Below the pieces are notes generated by a model. The model was given only the letters and a program-made list of their open reading frames with translations. It ran no database searches and had not been told where the DNA came from. The position numbers and the translations under genes were made by a program. This document shows, in pieces, positions 25,580-38,375 of a DNA stretch of 64,000 nucleotides (positions are counted from its first letter, which is position 1; every line of letters begins with the position of its first letter). This DNA is from Saprolegnia diclina VS20 (lineage: Eukaryota): assembly GCF_000281045.1 (NCBI RefSeq), contig NW_008246083.1, forward strand, positions 227,219-291,218, in the 5' to 3' direction.

Positions 25580-26383
25580 TTTGCCGCCTCTGATTGGGCA
25601 AATGTTTCGAAGGCGACGCTCATTGGCGGAAAAGCGTCAAGGACCACGCGCATCACTCTGCGTGTGGCAGCAATTATCGAGTGATCGCTGTGGGTCTAGG
25701 TCGTTCGAATGTGGTCTTGTCGTTGTCGACACAAAGGACTTGAATCGGCGTCCGTCACCGGGAAGGTCTGGACGCTCGCGGCGATGCGTTGGCGCTACGG
25801 CGAGCGTGCATCGGCCTCCAGTGAACGACTCTGACGTTAGTAGTGAGCAGTGTGAGGGCAACTGGCAAGGTGTGACCTCTCGTGTCCCGTACTCACCGCC
25901 ATCGGATTTGCCCACCTACCCCATTTGTGCAGAGGTTGCCTTGGCTACGCCGGGCTTCAACAAGGACTTCAATATTCAGTTTTTGCTTTCGAGAACCAGA
26001 ACTGGAAGAGACACTTGGTGATAGCTGCTCGCCGACAGCACATTTCTCGGCCGACTTGGGCACTACCGTGCCTGCGATCCCGCTAGCTTCTCCAGCAACT
26101 GATCGACTTGATGTCCGCAACTCATCGATTCGCTTGTCGCCGGTAGCCTATCTTGGTCAAGCGACGACGACACTTCGGCTCATGCGGTTCCGGCGCTTGG
26201 GCGCTGCCTACAGCAGCTCGCTCGGGGTCAACATCTCTGGTCTTTGTGGTCGCGATGGTTCAAGATACGAAGCTAGCCAATCAGAAGGTGCCACCACAAA
26301 CCAAACCCCTGCATCGTGATTGGCCCAATGGAGCATCCGGATGCAGGTGGGCTGCGGCCCAGACTGGAAATTGACGTCCTGAC

Positions 26384-28964
26384 ATGGTAGCCGACGCTGC
26401 CGCATGGGAGGTGCTCATCTCGCTGCATGTAGCCGCTGCGCCTTGAGATCGCCAAGGGCCTCAAGACGCGGTCGATCCGCGTCAAGAGCGTCGCCTTCCA
26501 CCCGACCGAGCCGTGGGTGCTAAGTGGCCTCTACGATGGCACGGCCACGATCTGGAACTACGAGACCGAGGAGCTCGTCAAGTCGTTTGAAGTGAGCGCG
26601 CTCCCCGTGCGCAGCGTACAGTTCGTCGCGCGCAAGCAGTGGATCGTCGCGTCGGGCGACGACATGCACCTCACCGTCTTCAACTACAACACGATGGACA
26701 AGGTCGTGAGCGTCGAAGCGCATCACGACTTTGTCCGGTATCTCGAGGTGCACCCGGTCTTGCCGATTGTCCTCACGTGCGCCGACGACATGACGGTCAA
26801 GATGTGGGACTGGGACAAGAACTGGCTGTGCACGCGCGTCTTTGAGGGCCATGGCAGCTACGTCATGATGGCCAAGTTCAACCCGAAGGATACCAACACG
26901 TTTGCGACCGCCGGCTTTGACGGCACGGTCCGCGTCTGGGGCCTCGCAACGAGCACGCCCCACTTTACGCTCGAGGGCCATGCAAAGGGCGTCAACTGCG
27001 TCGACTACTACCCGGGCGGCGACAAGCCGTACCTCATTTCTGGCTCGGACGACAAGACCGTCAAGGTCTGGGACTACCAGACCAAGACGATCGTGCACAC
27101 GCTTGACGGCCACACACACAACCTCTCGGACGTGCTCTACCACCCGCGCCTCCCGCTCATCATCTCGGCCTGCGAAGACGGCGCTGTGCGCATGTGGCAC
27201 AGCACGACGTACCGCGCCGAGACGACGCTCAACTATGGCATGGAGCGCGCGTGGTGCTTGGCGGGCCTCGAGGGCTCCAACAAGATGGCGATTGGCTACG
27301 ACGAAGGCAGCGTCGTCCTGCGCTTGGGCCACGACACGCCGATCGTGAGCATGGACGCGACCGGCAAGGTCATTTGGGCCAACAACAACGAGATTCAGAC
27401 CGCGAGTCTCAAGGGCGTCGTGGCCGAATTGAGTCTCAAGGACGGCGAGCGCGTGCCGTTGCCAGGCCGCGACCTCGGGTCCTGCGACGTCTTTCCGCAA
27501 AAGCTCAAGCACAACGCGAACGGCCGGTTTGTGGTCATTTGCGGCGACGGCGAGTACATCATCTACACGTCGCAGCAGCTGCGCAACAAGAGCTTTGGGT
27601 CGGCGCTCGACTTTGCGTGGTCGCCGACGGGCACGGGCGACTACGTCACGCGCGAGTCGTCTTCCAAGCTCACGCTCTTCAAGAACTTTGCCGAGGCCAA
27701 GACCATCAAGCCCGCCCAGTGCTCGGCCGAAGGGCTCTTTGGCGGCGCGCTCGTCGGCGTCCGTGGGCCCGACTGCATTGCATTCTACGACTGGGACGAC
27801 CTCCGCTTTGTGCGCAAGATCGATGCGTCCGTCAAGAACGTCTACTGGTCGGACGCCGGCGACCTTCTCGTGCTGGCAAGCGACGCCAGCTTTTACGTGC
27901 TGCGCTACCACCGCGACGCAGTGGCGGCGAATCTGCATGCGGCGGGGCCGGACGGCGTCGAGGGGTCGTTTGAGCTGCTGCACGAGATGAGCGAAAAGGT
28001 CGGGTCGGGCACGTGGATCGGCGACTGCTTCTTGTATGTGAACGCGACCGGCCGCCTCAACTACTACGTCGGCGGCGAGATCATGACCGTGTCGCACCTC
28101 CCGAGCAAGATGTACCTGCTCGGGTACCTTCCGCGCGAGAACGTCGTCTTCCTCATGGACAAGGCCAAGCACGTGACGAGCTTCACGCTCAACGTCGTCT
28201 TGCTCGAGTACCAGACTGCGGTCGTCCGGCGCGACTTTGACGCAGCCAACGCGATCCTGCCGCGCCTTCCGTCCGACCAAATGGACGCGGTCGCGCGCTT
28301 CCTCGAGTCGCAGGGTTTCAAGGAAGAGGCCTTGCAGCTGAGCACGGACCCGGACCAGCGCTTTGACCTCGCCGTCCAGCTCGCCAAGCTCGACGTGGCC
28401 AAGGCCATCATGATGGAGCGCACGGCCAACGATGTGCACGTGTCGGCCACCGACATGCAGCACAAGTGGAAGCAGCTTGGCGACCTCGCGCTCAACGACG
28501 CCAACTACGAGCTCGCCGAAGAGTGCGCAATCAAGGCCGACGACCTGAGTCTGCTGCTCTTGCTGTACACGTCCAAGGGCGACCTAAGTGGGCTCACGCG
28601 GCTCGCAGCGCTCGCGACCGAGAAGCACCGGCACAACGTGGCGTTCATCGCGCTCCTTCTGCTCGGCCGACTCCGCGAGTGCACGGCGCTGCTCGTCGAG
28701 ACCAAGCGGCTGCCGGAAGCTGCATTCTTTGCGCGGTCGTACCAACCCGACCAGGTGGGCGACGTGCTGGGTGCGTGGCGCGACGACCTTGCGCTCGTGA
28801 GCACGCGCGCGGCCAAGGCGCTGGCGGACCCGGCCAAGCACGAAGAGTTGTTTGAGAACTGGGCGGCGTCCCTTGCGGCCGCAGAGGCGGCGCCCAAGAC
28901 GATGCACTCGGCTGGAGAGTACGCATCGCAGTTTTCTATCCTTGATGAAGGTGCCTTCGCTTAG
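26384..28964 (+). CDS. COPB2: Coatomer beta' subunit, copy B (divergent N-terminus, short C-terminus)
   Basis: ATG 26384, intron 26387-26432, PLRLEIAKGLKTRSIRVKSVAFHPTEPW. Segment 26988-28870 is nearly identical to the reverse complement of 19228-21110. Confidence 0.93.
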
Positions 28965-30388
28965 ATAACTGTGCTCTATTCGACTCGATACACAAAATTT
29001 TGCGTGCCTTTTGATTATCTGTCGTAAGAGACTGCCACGTCATGATGACGTCATCACGCTCGGAGATCATGTTGTGCATGGTACAATCAATGCCTATGCT
29101 GGTTGGTATGAAAGGATGAGACAGAGTACATTCACCAAGCGATCGATCAACGAGCAACACGTCGGCTGCTAGCTACGACTTGGTCGCGAGCAAAGCGCAG
29201 TGGCAACGCGAACAGTCGACGGTGCGACGAAGTTTCTCTAGAGTTGCGTCTGTATGACGACAAGCCGGGGCTTGGACAAGCACCGCGAATGGCCATTGTG
29301 TCGAGACGTCGTGGTTTGTGACGTCCATATCCGACGTAGCGGAACGTCGTCGCGCCTTCTTCGAACGCGCGTCTCCCCAAAAACGCTGCTCACGTCCTTG
29401 GTCCGAGTGTGACGATCACTTGGCCGCTGACGCGCCAATGCGAGGCTAAGCAGGAGGCAGCCGACGAGACCGGTGCGTGTTTCGTACCAAGTCAGTAGTA
29501 CTGGTACGTCGAGGTCTCGTGCGGAGTCACAGAACATCACTGGTTCACATACAGCGGGATCATCGTAACGTTAGGCTTTGATGCTTCATTGTCTATCGGG
29601 TCTGAAACACTGTCTCAGGGCAACGGGTTCCCGCAAGTACCACGAGCACCCCGTCGCTTGGTGAGCGAGCGACTAGAAGATGGCTCGAGGTCTCTGCGGA
29701 CGCAACACAGGTATACCTCAACGTCAACACAACACACGTTCCGACAGAGCTTGGACTGTGAGCAACCCTTGGCCGTGGGCAGATCAAGAGCCATCGATCA
29801 ATTCCCACAGCCGCCGACCACATTCACCTTGCGTGGCGCTTTGAATCGCGCGAGTAGAACCTGAAAACACACTGTATGAAGCCTACCAGTACCTTGGTAC
29901 AGTCGACAGGCACCGGGCGTATCCGCCACAGCGTAGCGCACGTTCTATGAACTCCTTGTCGACGGTCAAGTGATTGTCAGATCGATACGAACGCTCCACG
30001 TCGTGAAGCGCACGGTCGGATAGCTCTTGCCGCATCCGCCTTGGAGTGGTTGCTCCAAGGGACACTGCGAAGGATGCCATGATACTCGGGCAGGTTCGCC
30101 CTTGACCAAGGCAAGGTGGCGACGGACTGTCGCCGGCTTGAGATCGACGACGAGTGCATGGGCGCGCTGCTACGCCGTCATATGCACGCTGCCATAGCCG
30201 CTTCTGGACCGATCCGCGGCTGCTGGGCACCTTGCGTTGTGTGGACAAGCGCGAGGCGGCGCGATCTTGGCCTTTCCCGCGCGCAGCTTCGCGCGTTTCT
30301 ACTTCACTGCGCCCTGATTGGCTGTTTTTACGCCGCGGCCATGCACCAGTTGGGAACTCGCACGAACACCACCATCACCACCATCTTC

Positions 30389-31265
30389 ATGGCAGCAGCG
30401 CGTCGCAGTCTGTGGCGGGTCGCGGCCCGATCGGCCTCGAGCTTGGCGCCGTCGGCCGCCGGGCTGCCCACGCGCCACGTCCTCCACGCCCACCATGTGC
30501 CCACGACGCCGACGCAGAAGCTGCTGGTGGCAGCTACGGCGGCCGTCTCGGTCTTTGCCAACCCGGAGCGCGGCGACATGCTCGCGGCCCTCGGCGACGC
30601 CACGGGCGAAGTCGCCTTGCGCCAGATGCACCTCAAGATGTGCTCGGACCCCGTGGGCATGGAGATCCTCGCGCAGAAGCCGCGGATCCGGTCGGCGGTC
30701 ACGGACATCGACGCGCTCCGGTCGCTGCCCACCGACACCTTTGGCTACGCCTACACGCAGTTTATGGACGCCCATGGGTACGTAGTACGTCATTGCCTCC
30801 TCCTCCTACGCAGCCTCATGCGTGTGCAGCTTTGAAGCCGACGGCCGCGCGCACGTCCGCTTTGTCGACGACCCGGAGCTAGCGTACGTCTTGCAGCGGT
30901 ACCGGGAGCTCCACGACTTCTGGCACGTTCTCTTTGGCCTGCCGCCGACCGTCTTTAGCGAAATCGCGCTCAAGTACGTGGAGTTGGTCCAGACGGGCCT
31001 GCCCGTGTGCGCCTTGAGCGGCTTTGTTGGGCCGCTTCGCCTCTCGTGTGGTACGACCATTGCCTCCATAAGCTGCCGCTGACCATGCGACGTAGGCGAG
31101 CGCAAGGAGCTTCTCGGCACGTTTGTGCCGTGGGCCTACCGCGCCGGCCGCGAAGCACCGTGCCTCCTCAATGTCTACTACGAGCGCGAGTACGAAACCA
31201 AGCTCGAGGACCTCCGCCGGCGCCTCAACATCCGCGTCGCGCCCACCCGGCGCCACGCCAACTAG
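30389..31265 (+). CDS. COQ4: Ubiquinone biosynthesis protein COQ4
   Basis: [27 protein letters not shown], metal-binding [15 protein letters not shown]...[22 protein letters not shown]. Mitochondrial-type N-terminus; two introns. Confidence 0.93.
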
Positions 31266-31320
31266 AAGATGTACACTGTTTTCCACTAGTATCTACGATG
31301 CGTCGACGAGTTTGTGACGA

Positions 31321-32073
31321 TTATGCATACACAATGTCGTACAGAATCGCGCGCTTGGCGTCGTCTAGAGCGCAGTCGTCCGGGAGGTTGGCGCGGTCGA
31401 GCGTCGTCGTCGTCGTGAAGCGAAACCCGTGGGATGTCAGCGCGGCCTGGAGGACGTCGTGGGAGACGTCGGCGCGCGGAATGTGGCAGAGCACAAAGCG
31501 TCCGTGCGGCGCGAGCCACGTGCGGACTGTCGAGAGCAAGAGCGGGACGAGCTCGCCCTTGTAGAGCACGTCGCCGGCGATGAGCACGTCAAAGCGATGG
31601 TCGCCAAAGCGCTCGGCGAACGCCGCGTTGGAAGCCGCGTCGCCCCACCACAGCGACGCCGTGTGCAAGTTGGTCGCGTCCGGTGCGTTCGACTGCACGT
31701 TCCACGCCAGCACGTCGTTGACGACCTCGAGGTCGCCGTCGGTGGCGACGAGGTCGGACGCGCCTGCCAGCCGCGAAACGAGGCTCGCAAGGCCTGTGCC
31801 GGCGCCGAGCTCGAGCACGCGTTTGGCAGCAACAATGTCGGCGTGGGCGTGGAGGTACTCGGCAAGGAGGTACGACCCGGGCCAAATGCGCTGCCCCGAG
31901 ATCTCGGACGACGTGGCCTTCATCTCGGAGAGCATCGAGAAGGACGCGGCGAGCGAGAGCTCCTCCATCTGACGGATGCGGAAGCGCAGGTCGCGCCCAA
32001 TGCGGATTGTCGAGAGGCCATACTCGACGCAGTCACGCCAGCCTTCGTCTTCCGAGTCGCTGCCACCTTGCAT
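31321..32073 (-). CDS. METTL21/EFM-like (Methyltransf_16) protein methyltransferase
   Basis: SGQRIWPGSYLLAEYL, VLELGAGTG, VATDGD, LWWG, IAGDVLY (DxxY). Confidence 0.9.
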   Translation of the reverse strand: MQGGSDSEDEGWRDCVEYGLSTIRIGRDLRFRIRQMEELSLAASFSMLSEMKATSSEISGQRIWPGSYLLAEYLHAHADIVAAKRVLELGAGTGLASLVSRLAGASDLVATDGDLEVVNDVLAWNVQSNAPDATNLHTASLWWGDAASNAAFAERFGDHRFDVLIAGDVLYKGELVPLLLSTVRTWLAPHGRFVLCHIPRADVSHDVLQAALTSHGFRFTTTTTLDRANLPDDCALDDAKRAILYDIVYA

Positions 32074-33676
32074 CGTTGTCCAACCGCGCGGCCGAGAAAT
32101 ATAAGACCATGCTGGTATGAATTGGCGCCGCGTGGTAGGAATTAGCAACCTAATTCGTACTTTGTCCCACTTGGAAAATCCCACAGCGTCAAATTCAAAT
32201 ATTCAGGTGCACCGCAAGATCAACACATCGAGCGCGTGGGAGAGGACCTCCAGACGCTTTGGTGTATTCGCTCCATGAGTGAAGGACCTCTGTGATGATT
32301 CGGGTGGTATTTCCGTTCCTTGAGACGCATCGGAAATTTCTGAAACCAGTGCGGGCCAAAATTTGCATTGGACAAATTTTGAATCAAGCAGCTCGGACCA
32401 CAGACCGTCCACTTGATGGGAAGCCAAGAAGCTCCCTCGTTTCGGGGTATTTCTTCTTCACAATTTGCACTGGGTGTCCTGTGACGATGCGGCGCGCCGT
32501 CGCTTCATTGGCGACGACCGCGCCACCAAATGGGACAAAGGTCGTTTTACACCCAATGCGTTCTGATTGCGTGTGGACCGAAAGATTGGGCAACTGGCAC
32601 TGCAATGTAGCTAAATGCACGCCCCTTTAGCCCACCGCCGAGGTTGCAAGGCGCTGCCTTCTAGATCCGCTTTGGGCACCGACGTTGGCAAGCATCTCAC
32701 CACCGCGCTGAGCTGCGTCGCAAGAGGAGGATGCGAGGATCTCTTCCGTCTCGCCCTGAGGCTAAACGTCAAGTTGCGTGCATCTCGGCCCCTTGCGAGC
32801 AACTTCAAGTTGAAAATTTAGCTGGCATTCTTCTTTTCGACGCGAGTGGGGCGCTGTTTATGCACACGCGGTATATACCAGCGACGCGGGCAAGCGCCGT
32901 AGGAACGAAGCGGGCTGTCACTAGACGATGGGGCAACGACGTTGCGTAACAGCACCAGCGAGGCTTGGTCCTGGCCCCGTGGGGCAGCTGGAATGAAATT
33001 TTCGGTGCACGCGGCGTCGAGACACCGAGTCGATGGATCGTGAGTGGCTTGCGTGCACCCGAGCCGCCGCAACGCGATCGCGCTGCCAGAAGTAACAGCG
33101 TACTTCAAGGAATCACACGGACACTATCGCCCTCGGCAAGCCCCGCACCGCCACCATCGCCGGTGTATCCAAATCATCCATACTAAGTATTGCAACCCGC
33201 CGGTACGAGCTCGCAGTATATTGGATGTTGGGATAAATTCCGAGCGTAGCGACGTGCACAGTACTCACTGCACTGCACGCTCGATCAACCACCGCGTCAT
33301 ACCTCCTCTCGACAGCTTCAATCTGCCGTCGCCGTACCGGTGGTGGGCGACCCAATATTCCGTCAGGCAGACTAGGCGTGCATTACATCTCTCTTGTCGC
33401 GCGAGATATGTTTTAAATATCGATGGCATTTTAATATTTTAATATGAATATATGCCTGCAAGAACAGCCATCTTGTATGCACATCCTCGCATGCCAATAT
33501 CGTATTAAAAGAGGAGGAAATATTGGTCGTATATATTCGTAGATTAAAATATTCCTATGCGAATATAATAGCGATCCCACGTGTCCGCCTCTCTGGAAGC
33601 CGCTTGAAAATTTCGAGCGAAATTGCGACCGTTTGCGAGTTGGCACTTTGGAATTGCGAGCCGAAGAGACGGACGG

Positions 33677-34126
33677 ATGGCCATGCTGCAGGTAGTCGCA
33701 CCGCCACGCTCGGGCGAGAAGCGCCGGCGAGAGGCCGCGCTGCCACCAACGGTCAAGCGCACGCGGTTCCTCTCGGACTTTGATGTCGAAGAGATGCTTT
33801 GCACGGTGCTCACGATCGCCGAAGACCTGAGCCTGCTCCTGAACCTGACCAAGGACATTTGCCTCGACACGCACTGTCGCCAGTGCAACCCAGTCGAATT
33901 CAACACGCTCTGCGAGAAGCTCCGGCTCATTGAGCATTCGCTCAGCAGCAGCAACGAGCGCCCGTCCGTGCTTGCGGTCCAAGCCATGTGCAAAGACCTC
34001 TACGACGTACTCAAGTACATTCTCGAGAAGCACTACGTCGACTTTGCGCAGCTCGGCATGGACCACCTCGTCCTCGCCGTGCGCCACCAGTTTGTTCAGT
34101 TTATGCTCGAGTCGTCGCTCAACTAG
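33677..34126 (+). CDS. Hypothetical helical protein (about 149 aa)
   Basis: Coding-like codon bias after an AT-rich upstream region; basic N-terminal KRRREAALPPTVKRTR. No family recognised. Confidence 0.6.
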   Translation: MAMLQVVAPPRSGEKRRREAALPPTVKRTRFLSDFDVEEMLCTVLTIAEDLSLLLNLTKDICLDTHCRQCNPVEFNTLCEKLRLIEHSLSSSNERPSVLAVQAMCKDLYDVLKYILEKHYVDFAQLGMDHLVLAVRHQFVQFMLESSLN

Positions 34127-34214
34127 CCCAATAGCTACACCACCCTATCATTATTACCACGTGTATGTATTATATATCCGTCAAGTCTCCTGTACGCAGT
34201 ATTGATCCACACCG

Positions 34215-37200
34215 CTACGACGTCTTGAGCGTGCTCTGCCGGCGCCGCGCGAGCTTGAGCGCGAGCTCGTTGGGGACTCCAGCGGGCGCAGTCGCCGGTG
34301 CATGGCGTTTGCGGAGCTTGGCAACAATGTCTGTCGCATCGCCTGCAAGCGACTCGGAGAACTGGTTGAAGAGGCCGGCGCCGTCTTCAGGCTCGGCGGC
34401 CGTCGACGATTGGAGCTCGCGGGCCGCGGCTACGAGCTGCCGGCCAAAGTCGGACCAAAGCCCAAAGAACCCGGTCGCATCCTAGCGCCACCAAATATTC
34501 CAACCTCTGAAAGAGACAGCAAGACAGGCGCGTACGGGTTGCTTGAAGCCAAAGCGCGTGCAGAGCGCCGCAAACTTGGTCTCGTGCGAGCTCACGTCGG
34601 CGCGGAGCCGCTCCAGCGACATGCTGCTCGTGTCGACAAACGGACCAAAGCGTCGGCGGAAGGCCGCATCCGGCTGGTGCCCGACCTACCCACCGCGTCT
34701 TCGCACGAATGCTTCAAGAAACCGGTTCATGCACCTCTTGGCGGACCAGGTCGACGCTTCGCTCCAAGGCCGTGGCGTCCAAGAGTAGCTGCGGCAAAGA
34801 CACTGTCGCCGCCGCTTCCAAGCACGTGGCTGAGCTGAGAAACGCGAGTGCGTCGGGCGCTTTTGCTTTCACGACCTCGGCGACCACATGCAAGAGCGTC
34901 CGGGTGCTGCTCGTGGCTTTGACCTGGCGAAAATGCTACATGTTTGTGGCTTGGACGGCGTGGGTACCTGCGACAGCTTGGGCAAAATCTCGAGCTTGAA
35001 CCCGTATGCACCGCCGCGGGCCGTACCGTTGTTCATGTAGTTGCCGACCGCCAAGACGACGTGCAGAAGGGGCAGCAGTGTCGGCGTTGCCGCGTGCAGC
35101 GTGCTCCGCGCCTTCTCGAGCGTCGAGAGCTTGGCTTTGAGATCGTCAAAGCGCGATGCAAAGCTGAGCTGGTTCGAAATCGACTGGAGACGCTGGGGTA
35201 GTCGAGGGACGTGACGCACAGCGGCAAACCACTTTTCGGTCTCGCCAAGAAGCGTCATGTCGCCCTCGTAGCTCTAGCAGACGCATCAGAGACGACTCCA
35301 GTGTAGATGGCCGAACGTTGATGAGATCGAGCTCGTCAGTCGTCGGGACGAGCGCTTCGAGGATCGAAACCCTAACCACTGGATGCGTCCAGTTCGCTTG
35401 AAGGATGGTGTACCGCTCCAAGGTCAAGAGGGACTCGTTCAACGACAAAATCGCATCGCAGAGCTCTGTTGGCGAGAGGCGGAAGCGGGTGAGTGCGATG
35501 GAGCAGTTTTGCTGCCGCTTGGGGTCCACCAAGTGCACTACTTTGGCCTTGGTCACAGCGGTCTTGGCGGTTTTCACGCAAACTTCTTGGCCAAACTCGC
35601 GCTCGAGCAGGGACCAGTCCAAGCTCAACGTCGTCTCGTCCAGCGTCGCCCAGATCGACCCTTCAACGACGACGTCGGGTAGTGGCGTCCAAAAGAGACT
35701 AGCACCCAAGGTTAGTAACACATACACATAATAGCTCTCGACGCACTTGCGCATCTTGGTCGACGGCGTCGGCGTCTTCTTTGGCGGCAGCTTGGAAACA
35801 GCGCGCACTGGGGCAGTAGCGACGACGGTGGCGGCTGCCATGTTTGACTTGGGTGGTGCTGGTTGGCCGTCGGGTGGCGACAACGTCGCACCGCCGCTGA
35901 GCTTGGCCGGGTCGAGTCCGTCGGCCTTGGCCTTCAACTGGACTTGCTCAAGTGGCATGCCCATCTTGAGCAGTTTGAAGTACTTTTCGTATCGCGTATC
36001 GACGACCGCCGACGTTGCTGGCGCTTCGGGTGTCGCCACTGCGAGCTTACTTGGGTCCAACCCGTCGGCCTTGGCCTTGAGCTGCACTTGCTCCAGAGGC
36101 ATCCCCATCTTGAGCAACTTGAAGTACTTGTCATAGGACGCATCGACCGTCGGCGCAGCGAGTGGCGCGCTCGTGGCGAGCACGGCCGGGTCGAGGCCGT
36201 CGGCTTTGACTTTGAGCTGCACTTGCTCGAGTGGCATCCCCATCTTGAGCAGCTTGAAGTACTTGGCGTACGCTTCGTGCGGCGCCGCGGCTTCTGGCAA
36301 AGTTGTCGCAAGTGTGTTGTCTGATGCATTGGTAGTAGTGGCTTGTCTCGGCGGCGGCATGGTCGTTGCTTCTAGCCAAAGACTCGTATCCGCGCATATC
36401 ACGGCAGATACTATACCATGGAGCTGGGAGCGGAGCCGGTCGACCTCGGCTTCCAGCTGAGCTATTGTGGCCGTCGCCTCGACGAGGCGGGTCTGCACTG
36501 CCAACGGTGTCTCTTCCAACACCTAAGGCACTGCTAGTAACAATGTTGACCTTGCTAGCGTACGACTCGGTTGGATTCGATTCCTTCAGACGACGCTGTC
36601 GCGCGCTGTTCGAGCCACCTCTTGACGGCGGTGACCATCGACCGCTTCTTCTCTGTGAGCTCCCTACGTCATCCGTCCATTGAGTCTGTCGTTTTCCAAG
36701 AGAACGCTCGTTGTACGGGAGCAGCGCCGATGTAATGTCGAGGGCCGAAGCCTCGACCAGGTCCCACATGGTGTGGCCCATCGCGACTTCGTTCGGGATC
36801 ACAAGGAGCGCGAGGGCCACATGCAGGAGCCGATCGCTGCAGCCCTGGACGCTCGCGTTCTCCACGAGCTTGCTCAGAACGGCGCGCACGTCGCTCAAGT
36901 CCAAGGCGCCGCACACAACTTCGTCCGTATCGGCGCGCAGCAAGCCCTGAAACACCTGCGCTTGCTTGCGGAAGCGGCCCATCGCCTCCACTTCCAAGTC
37001 GCCAAAGCCGTACATGCCATAGACCAAATGTGGCGTCGCAGTCGACTCGAAGCCGGTGAGGACGCGCTGGCAGAGTGGCACGATGTCAAGCGCCAAAAAG
37101 TCATTCCGGACAAGAATGCGGTCGTCCACGCGGACGCTCGTACTCACGAGCGTGTTGATGAACGTCAAGCACGCCGCTTGGACTTCGACCGACGACGCGG

Positions 37201-38129
37201 TCGCCATGCCATGCAGCAGGCTGGCGTAGCGCATGCGCTCGTTCTGGCGACGCCGGAGCAGCTCCATGGCATCGAGCACCGTTGTATGCCCAAGCGCCGA
37301 GAACCAGCACGTGAGCGAGAGCATCTCGAGGAGCATGAGCGTCCGCTCTTTCTGATCAAAGTCAAGCGAAAACGCCAGCGTGTGCACTGCGCTCGGGTGC
37401 TCGAGCAGAAAGTGCATGCCGACGCTAGCCCCGACGATGAGGTGAGAGTAGGGGTAGGGTGCGTACTGGTTGTTCATGAGCGACTTGAAGCATTTGAGGC
37501 ACTCGGTGAAGCGCGTGGCGTACGCGTCGCCGTCGTCCATGGCCGCGTACACACCGGTGAGGTCGCTCAGCGCTGCAATGCCATCGTCCTTGTGGAATTG
37601 CGTGAGCCACTGTGTATCTCATGAGCGACATCGTATCCTGCGAGACTGTGTATACCTCCTTGTCGCTCCCGCGCATCAAGACGTGGAGCTCGCGCGCGTC
37701 TTGGTCCGAGAAGCTGGAGAGGTCGTCAAGGGCTTCGTGCAGCGTCTGCACCCACGTGCGCGGCTCGGACGTCGTGTCGGCGCCCTGCTTGGCACTCCAC
37801 TCGTGGATGATCTGCCACTTTTGATGCAGTGGCAGCGCGTGCATGCGGTCCATCGCAGTCTTTGGCAGCGCGAGTCCGTCAACCGCCTGAAGAAAGAGCT
37901 CTTCGATCTCGCCGGCGTCGCTCGGGCAGCTTGCCGCGACTACTACACAAGACACGTGCGATGTTGAACGTGGAAGCAAGAGTGTACGCGTGGAGGCGCT
38001 GCTGCTGTCGCTGTTGTTGCTACTGACGCTCGCCTTGGCCCGGCGAAAGACGCGCGAAATCGACTTGGAGATGGTCGTCGCCTTCTTCTTGGGCTTGGCA
38101 AGCTCCTTGGCTGGCGACACGGGGGCCAT
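34215..38129 (-). CDS. Formin (GBD/FH3 + FH2) with three KYFKLLKMGMP repeats
   Basis: GBD/FH3-like LPLHQKWQII, CFKSLMNN, ACLTFINTLV. FH2 motifs LFWTPL, DPKRQQNCSIAL, LAVGNYMN...AYGFKL. Several introns; stop at 34215-34217 (LKTS*). Confidence 0.88.
35905..36275 (-). repeat. Three coding repeats YxKYFKLLKMGMPLEQVQLKxKADGLDP
   Basis: Three near-identical copies of about 85 nt, visible in DNA and in ORF 35146-36522. Confidence 0.9.
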
Positions 38130-38375
38130 GCTGGCGCCTTGAAGAGTGACCGTTCGGACCAAACCGGTTTCGCTCGTCGTGAAACCGACAACGACGGTTC
38201 AGCGTCCGTCGCGCACCGGTGGCCGCTAGCGTCACAGAGCGCGGACACATGCATCCTGTGCTCCAGCGATCATTCGGCATGCACGTAGCTGGATTAATCC
38301 ATTCGAGTACTAAGGGCAGCTTTGCACAAAGTCGATAGATTGATACTACAATAGTTACAGATTCGGGTTAGATAC

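Noticed and set aside
19228..28870. Inverted beta'-COP copies as giant terminal repeats of the hAT gene
   Set aside because: The repeats are host coding sequence, the enclosed region holds ordinary genes such as TBCA, and the transposase looks inactive.
29000..30250. Possible minus-strand spliced gene upstream of COQ4
   Set aside because: Some splice-like sites, but I could not build a consistent reading frame.
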